In this document: positions 21,729-32,000 of the stretch, one piece after another
Position numbering within the stretch: the stretch's first letter is position 1
Layout: every line of letters begins with the position of its first letter
Assembly (NCBI GenBank): GCA_963922335.1
Contig: CAWUIB010000002.1
Location: 303,198-335,197, forward strand
Length of the DNA stretch: 32,000 bases
Source of the DNA: an uncultured Chromatiales bacterium
GTDB lineage: Bacteria > Pseudomonadota > Gammaproteobacteria > Steroidobacterales > Woeseiaceae
Direction of reading: 5' to 3'
The notes under the pieces: model-generated
The model's input: the letters and a program-made list of their open reading frames with translations, nothing else
The model's database searches: none
What the model was told of the DNA's origin: nothing
Position numbers and translations under genes: made by a program

Positions 21729-23816
21729 TTATTTCTTCATGACCGTTTCGGCCACGTTCTGCGGAACCTCAGCGTACTTGCCGAATTCCATCGAGTAGCT
21801 CGCACGGCCCTGGCTCATAGAGCGCAGGTCAGTGGCGTAGCCGAACATTTCCGACAACGGCACTTCCGCTTTCAGGATCTTGCCCGCCGGGCCGTCGTCC
21901 ATGCCTTGCGGCAATCCGCGACGACGGTTCAGGTCACCCATGACATCACCGAAGTAGTCTTCAGGGGTCACGACCTCAACGTTCATGATCGGCTCAAGCA
22001 ATACCGGGCTCGCGTTCTTTGCACCTTCCTTGAAGCACATGGAGCCGGCGATCTTGAATGCCATCTCGCTGGAGTCGACGTCATGGTAGGAGCCGTCGTA
22101 CAGCGTGACTTTGCAGTCGACCACGGGGAAGCCGGCGATAACGCCATTTTCCATCTGCTCCTGAACACCCTTGTCCACCGCCGGAATGTACTCACGCGGC
22201 ACAACACCACCCACGATTTCGTTGACGAACTCGTAGCCGGCACCCGCTTCCTGCGGCTCGATGCGAAGGAATACATGACCATACTGACCGCGACCACCGG
22301 ACTGGCGAACAAACTTGCCTTCCTGCTCGATCGCCTTGCGAATCGTTTCGCGGTAGGCAACCTGCGGCTTACCGACGTTGGCCTCGACCTTGAACTCGCG
22401 ACGCATGCGGTCGACGATGATATCGAGGTGAAGCTCGCCCATACCGGAAATAATGGTCTGGCCGGACTCCTCATCGGTGTGTACGCGGAACGACGGATCT
22501 TCTTTCGCCAGCTTCTGCAGCGCGATACCCATCTTCTCCTGGTCGGCCTTTGTCTTCGGCTCAACAGCAACAGCGATCACAGGCTCAGGGAATTCCATGC
22601 GCTCGAGCGTAATCACCGCATCGGTCGCTGACAGCGTGTCACCCGTGGTGACATCCTTCAGGCCCACCGCTGCTGCGATATCGCCCGCACGAACTTCCTT
22701 GATCTCTTCACGGTTGTTCGAGTGCATCTGCAGGATACGACCGATACGCTCTTTCTTGCTCTTCACTGGGTTGAACACGGTATCGCCCGAGTTCAACACG
22801 CCCGAATAGACTCGGAAGAAGGTAAGGTTCCCAACGAACGGGTCAGTCGCAATCTTGAACGCAAGCGCCGCAAACGGTGCATCGTCTTTCGACTCACGAA
22901 TGCCTTCGCTTTCGTCGTCGTTGATGCCCTTGATTGCAGGCACGTCAATCGGCGCGGGCATAAAATCGATGACCGCGTCGAGCATGGCCTGCACGCCCTT
23001 GTTCTTGAACGCGCTGCCGCACATCGTCAGTACGATTTCGTTCGCAAGCGTGCGCTTGCGCAGTGCCCGCTTGATCTCCTCAACAGACAACTCGCCGTCT
23101 TCAAGGAATTTCTCAAGCAGCTCTTCTTCGGCCTCTGCAGCAGCTTCAACCATGTTCTCGCGCCACTCGTTCGCAAGATCAACCATGTCCGCCGGGATTT
23201 CTTTGGCCTCATAGGTCATGCCCATGTTGTCCTCATCCCAGTAGATCGCGCGCATCTCGACGAGGTCGATGATGCCCTTGAAGTTCTCTTCCGCGCCGAT
23301 CGGCAGCTGGATTGGAACCGCCGTCGCACCCAGACGAGACTTGACCTGACCGACGACGCGGAGGTAATCAGCACCCGCACGGTCCATCTTGTTCACGAAG
23401 ATCATGCGCGGCACAGAGTATTTGTTGCCCTGGCGCCATACCGTTTCGGTCTGCGGCTCAACACCACCCACCGAGCACAGAACCGTGACGGCGCCATCGA
23501 GTACACGCAGGGAACGCTCCACTTCAATCGTGAAGTCAACGTGTCCCGGGGTGTCGATGATGTTGATGCGGTGCTGGTCGTACTGCTGATCCATGCCGCT
23601 CCAGAAACAGGTGGTCGCAGCAGACGTGATAGTGATGCCACGCTCCTGCTCCTGCTCCATCCAGTCCATGGTCGCAGCGCCATCGTGCACTTCGCCGATT
23701 TTGTGCGAAACGCCGGTGTAAAAAAGAATGCGTTCGGTTGTCGTCGTCTTGCCCGCATCAATGTGAGCCATGATGCCGATGTTGCGGTAACGATCGATCG
23801 GGGTTGTGCGTGCCAC
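21729..23816 (-). CDS. fusA: Elongation factor G
   Basis: 695 aa, [51 protein letters not shown]-terminal [19 protein letters not shown]. Confidence 0.99.
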   Translation of the reverse strand: MARTTPIDRYRNIGIMAHIDAGKTTTTERILFYTGVSHKIGEVHDGAATMDWMEQEQERGITITSAATTCFWSGMDQQYDQHRINIIDTPGHVDFTIEVERSLRVLDGAVTVLCSVGGVEPQTETVWRQGNKYSVPRMIFVNKMDRAGADYLRVVGQVKSRLGATAVPIQLPIGAEENFKGIIDLVEMRAIYWDEDNMGMTYEAKEIPADMVDLANEWRENMVEAAAEAEEELLEKFLEDGELSVEEIKRALRKRTLANEIVLTMCGSAFKNKGVQAMLDAVIDFMPAPIDVPAIKGINDDESEGIRESKDDAPFAALAFKIATDPFVGNLTFFRVYSGVLNSGDTVFNPVKSKKERIGRILQMHSNNREEIKEVRAGDIAAAVGLKDVTTGDTLSATDAVITLERMEFPEPVIAVAVEPKTKADQEKMGIALQKLAKEDPSFRVHTDEESGQTIISGMGELHLDIIVDRMRREFKVEANVGKPQVAYRETIRKAIEQEGKFVRQSGGRGQYGHVFLRIEPQEAGAGYEFVNEIVGGVVPREYIPAVDKGVQEQMENGVIAGFPVVDCKVTLYDGSYHDVDSSEMAFKIAGSMCFKEGAKNASPVLLEPIMNVEVVTPEDYFGDVMGDLNRRRGLPQGMDDGPAGKILKAEVPLSEMFGYATDLRSMSQGRASYSMEFGKYAEVPQNVAETVMKK

Positions 23817-23912
23817 GGTCGGGTCCTTGGTAAAAGAGTCTTTTCGGGTTTGGCCTCAAGCACCGCTTCTCGCAGTGCCGGCCACGAATCTATATTGCGT
23901 CGCTTCTCGGAA

Positions 23913-24398
<486 letters not shown>

Positions 24399-24437
24399 TT
24401 ACTCTCTTTGCTTCAGCGGCTTCTGCCACTTACTCGT

Positions 24438-24453
24438 CCCCGACGCATCGGGG
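24438..24453 (-). promoter_or_regulatory. Hairpin in the rpsL-rpsG intercistronic region
   Basis: CCCCGA-cgca-TCGGGG on + strand, 6-bp GC-rich stem with 4-nt loop, 23 nt downstream (minus) of the rpsL stop codon. Confidence 0.45.
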
Positions 24454-24476
24454 GTCGTCTCTAAATATTGTTCGCG

Positions 24477-24851
24477 CTAGCCCTTGGGTCGCTTGGCGCC
24501 ATACTTGGAACGGCCTTGGCGGCGGTCGCTGACACCAGCGCAGTCCAGCGTGCCTCGCACCGTGTGGTAGCGAACACCGGGCAGGTCTTTCACACGACCA
24601 CCGCGAATCAGCACAACACTGTGCTCCTGGAGGTTGTGCCCCTCACCACCGATGTAGCTCGTCACTTCGAAGCCGTTGGTCAGACGTACACGAGCCACCT
24701 TACGCATGGCCGAGTTCGGCTTCTTCGGTGTCGTCGTGTAAACGCGCGTGCAGACGCCACGCTTTTGCGGGCTGCCTTCCAACGCAGGAACGTTGCTTTT
24801 TTCCGGCTTGGTCGAACGCGGCTTGCGTACGAGCTGGTTAATCGTGGCCAT
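24477..24851 (-). CDS. rpsL: 30S ribosomal protein S12
   Basis: 124 aa from [12 protein letters not shown]; [61 protein letters not shown]. Track start at 24905 adds 18 non-homologous residues. Confidence 0.98.
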   Translation of the reverse strand: MATINQLVRKPRSTKPEKSNVPALEGSPQKRGVCTRVYTTTPKKPNSAMRKVARVRLTNGFEVTSYIGGEGHNLQEHSVVLIRGGRVKDLPGVRYHTVRGTLDCAGVSDRRQGRSKYGAKRPKG

Positions 24852-25096
24852 AGGCCCTGTGTCCTTATAGTTCAGTTTGTCTAAAACAAAAGGGCGTAAA
24901 CGCAAACGCGCACGCCGCCGGGCCTGAGGATTTGCCTCCGGCCAGTATTCGAATCTCTCTGCGCCTTCGCGAGCCCGGCGCCTAAGCTCTCGCCCGGTGA
25001 AAGGCGATCCACCCGTCGTGAAATGTGACGTGTGTGCTAGTGAGGGCGGGCATTTTAGGGATGCCCGCCCCCTCGGTCAAGTCAGCGCCGCTGCGC

Positions 25097-29314
<4,218 letters not shown>

Positions 29315-29322
29315 GAGTCACC

Positions 29323-32000
29323 TTACTCCGTTTCGAGTTCGATATTGATGCCGAGAGAACGAATCTCTTTGACGAGTACGTTGAACGACTCGGGCATCCC
29401 CGCCTGCATCTGGTGTGTGCCATCGACGATGTTCTTGTACATCTTGGTACGTCCCTGAACATCATCCGACTTGACCGTGAGCATCTCCTGCAGCGTGTAA
29501 GAGGCACCATAGGCTTCGAGCGCCCAGACCTCCATCTCTCCGAAGCGCTGCCCACCGAACTGGGCTTTACCGCCCAGCGGTTGCTGTGTAACCAGACTGT
29601 ACGGACCGGTTGAGCGTGCATGCATCTTGTCATCGACCAGATGGTTCAGCTTCAGCATGTACATGTAGCCAACGGTCACCGGGCGAAGGAATTCCTCGCC
29701 GGTGCGACCATCGCGCATTTGCGCCTGGCCAGTCTCCGGTAGCTCTGCCAGTTGCAGCATCTTTTTGATCTGCGTCTCTGCAGCGCCATCGAACACCGGT
29801 GTCGCCATCGGCACGCCATGCGACAGATTCTTGGCGAGTTCCACAACTTCCTCATCGCTGAAGCTGTCGATGTCTTCCGCACGACCGCCGGTCGTGTTGT
29901 AGACGTCATGCAGGAATCCACGCAGGTCCTTCATCGCTGCCTGCGCCTTGAGCATACGCTCGATGCGCTGTCCAACACCCTTCGCGGCCCAGCCGAGATG
30001 GGTTTCGAGCACCTGCCCCACGTTCATACGCGACGGCACGCCCAGCGGGTTGAGCACGATGTCGACAGGAGTGCCATCTTCAAGGTAAGGCATGTCCTCG
30101 ACCGGTACGATCGTGGAAATCACCCCTTTGTTACCGTGGCGACCCGCCATCTTATCGCCAGGCTGAATGCGACGTTTCACGGCGAGGTAGACCTTGACCA
30201 TCTTCAGCACGCCAGGCGCCAGATCGTCGCCGACCGTGATCTTGCTCTTCTTGGCCTCGAATCGCGCATCGAACTCTTCGCGCTGCGCCTTGAGGCGCTC
30301 TTGGGCACGCTCGAGCTGCGCATTGGCTTCGTCGTTCTTAAGACCAATGTCGAACCACTTCATCTGATCCAGGCTTTCGAGATAGGTCTTCGTGATCTTG
30401 TCGCCCGATTTCAGGCCTGAAGGGCCACCGGTCGCCTGCTTGCCGACCAGGAGCTTCTGGACTCGATCGAAAATATCGCCTTCGAGGATACGCAACTGGT
30501 CGTCGAGATCCTTGCGTACACTCTCAAGCTCAGCGCGCTCGATTGCCAGTGCACGGCTGTCCTTCTCGACACCGTCGCGCGTGAACACGCGCACGTCGAT
30601 GACTGTGCCGTCCATACCCGGTGGTACGCGCAGCGACGAATCCTTCACGTCAGACGCCTTCTCACCGAAGATCGCACGCAGGAGCTTCTCTTCCGGAGTG
30701 AGCTGGGTCTCACCTTTTGGCGTGACTTTACCGACAAGAATGTCGCCAGCACCAACTTCCGCGCCGATGAAAGCGATGCCCGCTTCATCCAACTTCGCGA
30801 GCGCCGAGTCACCGACGTTCGGAATATCCGCGGTCACTTCCTCCGAGCCAAGTTTGGTATCGCGAGCGACGCAGGTCAGCTCTTCGATATGGATCGTTGT
30901 GAAGCGATCTTCCTTGACCACACGCTCCGAGATCAGAATTGAGTCCTCGAAGTTGTAACCGTTCCATGGCATGAACGCGACCAGCAGGTTTTGGCCGAGC
31001 GCCAGCTCACCCAGGTTGGTCGACGGGCCATCGGCCATCACATCACCGCGCGCAATATGATCGCCGATCTTGACCAGCGGACGCTGGTTGATGCACGTGT
31101 TCTGGTTAGAGCGCGTGTATTTCGTCAGGTTGTAAATGTCTACACCCGGCTCTACGTCGTTGGTCTCGTCGTCGTTGACACGTACCACGATACGCGACGC
31201 GTCCACCGAATCCACGACACCGCCGCGACGAGCGACTACGGTCACACCGGAGTCAACAGCGACCGCGCGCTCCATACCTGTGCCGACCAACGGCGCTTCA
31301 CTACGCAGCGTCGGAACCGCCTGGCGTTGCATGTTCGAACCCATCAGCGCGCGGTTTGCGTCATCGTGCTCGAGGAACGGAATCAGCGAGGCAGCAACCG
31401 ATACGATCTGCTTCGGTGATACGTCCATGAAGTTGACCGCTTCGGGCTGCGCCAACGTGAACTCGTTGCGGTGACGAACCGAAATCAGGTCGTCGACGAA
31501 ATTGTTCTTGCCGTCGACCGCCGCATTCGCCTGAGCGATCACGTACTGGCTTTCTTCAATCGCCGACAGGTACTCAATTTCGTCGGTTACACGGCCGTCG
31601 ACAACCTTGCGATACGGAGTCTCGAGGAATCCGTATTCATTGGTACGCGAGTAGACCGCCAGCGAATTGATCAGACCGATGTTTGGCCCCTCCGGTGTCT
31701 CAATCGGGCAAACACGACCATAGTGCGTCGGGTGCACGTCGCGTACTTCGAAGCCCGCACGCTCACGCGTCAGACCACCCGGCCCGAGCGCGGATACACG
31801 ACGTTTGTGCGTCACCTCGGACAGCGGGTTGTTCTGGTCCATGAACTGCGAGAGCTGGCTCGAGCCAAAGAATTCTTTCACCGCGGCCGCAACCGGCTTC
31901 GCGTTGATCATCTCCTGCGGCATCAGGCCTTCAGCCTCTGCTTGTGTCAGGCGCTCCTTGACGGCGCGTTCGACGCGCACAAGACCGATGCGGAAGGCAT
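29323..32000 (-). CDS. rpoB: DNA-directed RNA polymerase beta subunit (5' portion lies outside the window)
   Basis: Rifampicin region [70 protein letters not shown] and C-terminal [36 protein letters not shown]. The reading frame is open to the window edge. Confidence 0.99.
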   Translation of the reverse strand, partial: AFRIGLVRVERAVKERLTQAEAEGLMPQEMINAKPVAAAVKEFFGSSQLSQFMDQNNPLSEVTHKRRVSALGPGGLTRERAGFEVRDVHPTHYGRVCPIETPEGPNIGLINSLAVYSRTNEYGFLETPYRKVVDGRVTDEIEYLSAIEESQYVIAQANAAVDGKNNFVDDLISVRHRNEFTLAQPEAVNFMDVSPKQIVSVAASLIPFLEHDDANRALMGSNMQRQAVPTLRSEAPLVGTGMERAVAVDSGVTVVARRGGVVDSVDASRIVVRVNDDETNDVEPGVDIYNLTKYTRSNQNTCINQRPLVKIGDHIARGDVMADGPSTNLGELALGQNLLVAFMPWNGYNFEDSILISERVVKEDRFTTIHIEELTCVARDTKLGSEEVTADIPNVGDSALAKLDEAGIAFIGAEVGAGDILVGKVTPKGETQLTPEEKLLRAIFGEKASDVKDSSLRVPPGMDGTVIDVRVFTRDGVEKDSRALAIERAELESVRKDLDDQLRILEGDIFDRVQKLLVGKQATGGPSGLKSGDKITKTYLESLDQMKWFDIGLKNDEANAQLERAQERLKAQREEFDARFEAKKSKITVGDDLAPGVLKMVKVYLAVKRRIQPGDKMAGRHGNKGVISTIVPVEDMPYLEDGTPVDIVLNPLGVPSRMNVGQVLETHLGWAAKGVGQRIERMLKAQAAMKDLRGFLHDVYNTTGGRAEDIDSFSDEEVVELAKNLSHGVPMATPVFDGAAETQIKKMLQLAELPETGQAQMRDGRTGEEFLRPVTVGYMYMLKLNHLVDDKMHARSTGPYSLVTQQPLGGKAQFGGQRFGEMEVWALEAYGASYTLQEMLTVKSDDVQGRTKMYKNIVDGTHQMQAGMPESFNVLVKEIRSLGINIELETE

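Overview
The window is almost entirely a gammaproteobacterial-type transcription/translation housekeeping superoperon, read on the minus strand. In transcription order (right to left) it is rpoB (5' end cut by the window edge)-rpoC-rpsL-rpsG-fusA-tuf-rpsJ-rplC-rplD-rplW-rplB-rpsS-rplV-rpsC-rplP-rpmC-rpsQ-rplN-rplX-rplE-rpsN-rpsH-rplF-rplR-rpsE-rpmD-rplO-secY-rpmJ-rpsM-rpsK-rpsD-rpoA-rplQ. It ends in a strong intrinsic terminator at about 6181-6205. The left 6 kb holds five non-ribosomal genes: a DUF3291-like protein, a DUF3015-like exported protein, a DUF4105-like protein, an SDR oxidoreductase and a lysine-rich histone H1-like protein, followed by an orphan PAS/HisKA sensor kinase. I found no CRISPR array, mobile element, tRNA/rRNA, phage gene or accessory defence-like system. 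The most notable signals are non-coding: (1) a roughly 385-nt rpsJ-rplC spacer with a TATAAT-type promoter candidate wrapped in palindromes, a strong 11-bp hairpin and a second hairpin just before rplC; (2) a 223-nt structured tuf-rpsJ spacer; (3) a very short rpmJ-rpsM spacer where E. coli keeps its S4-binding alpha leader; (4) a terminator that runs directly into the RBS of the next gene in the left flank. Family assignments come from reading the supplied translations; no database search was run.
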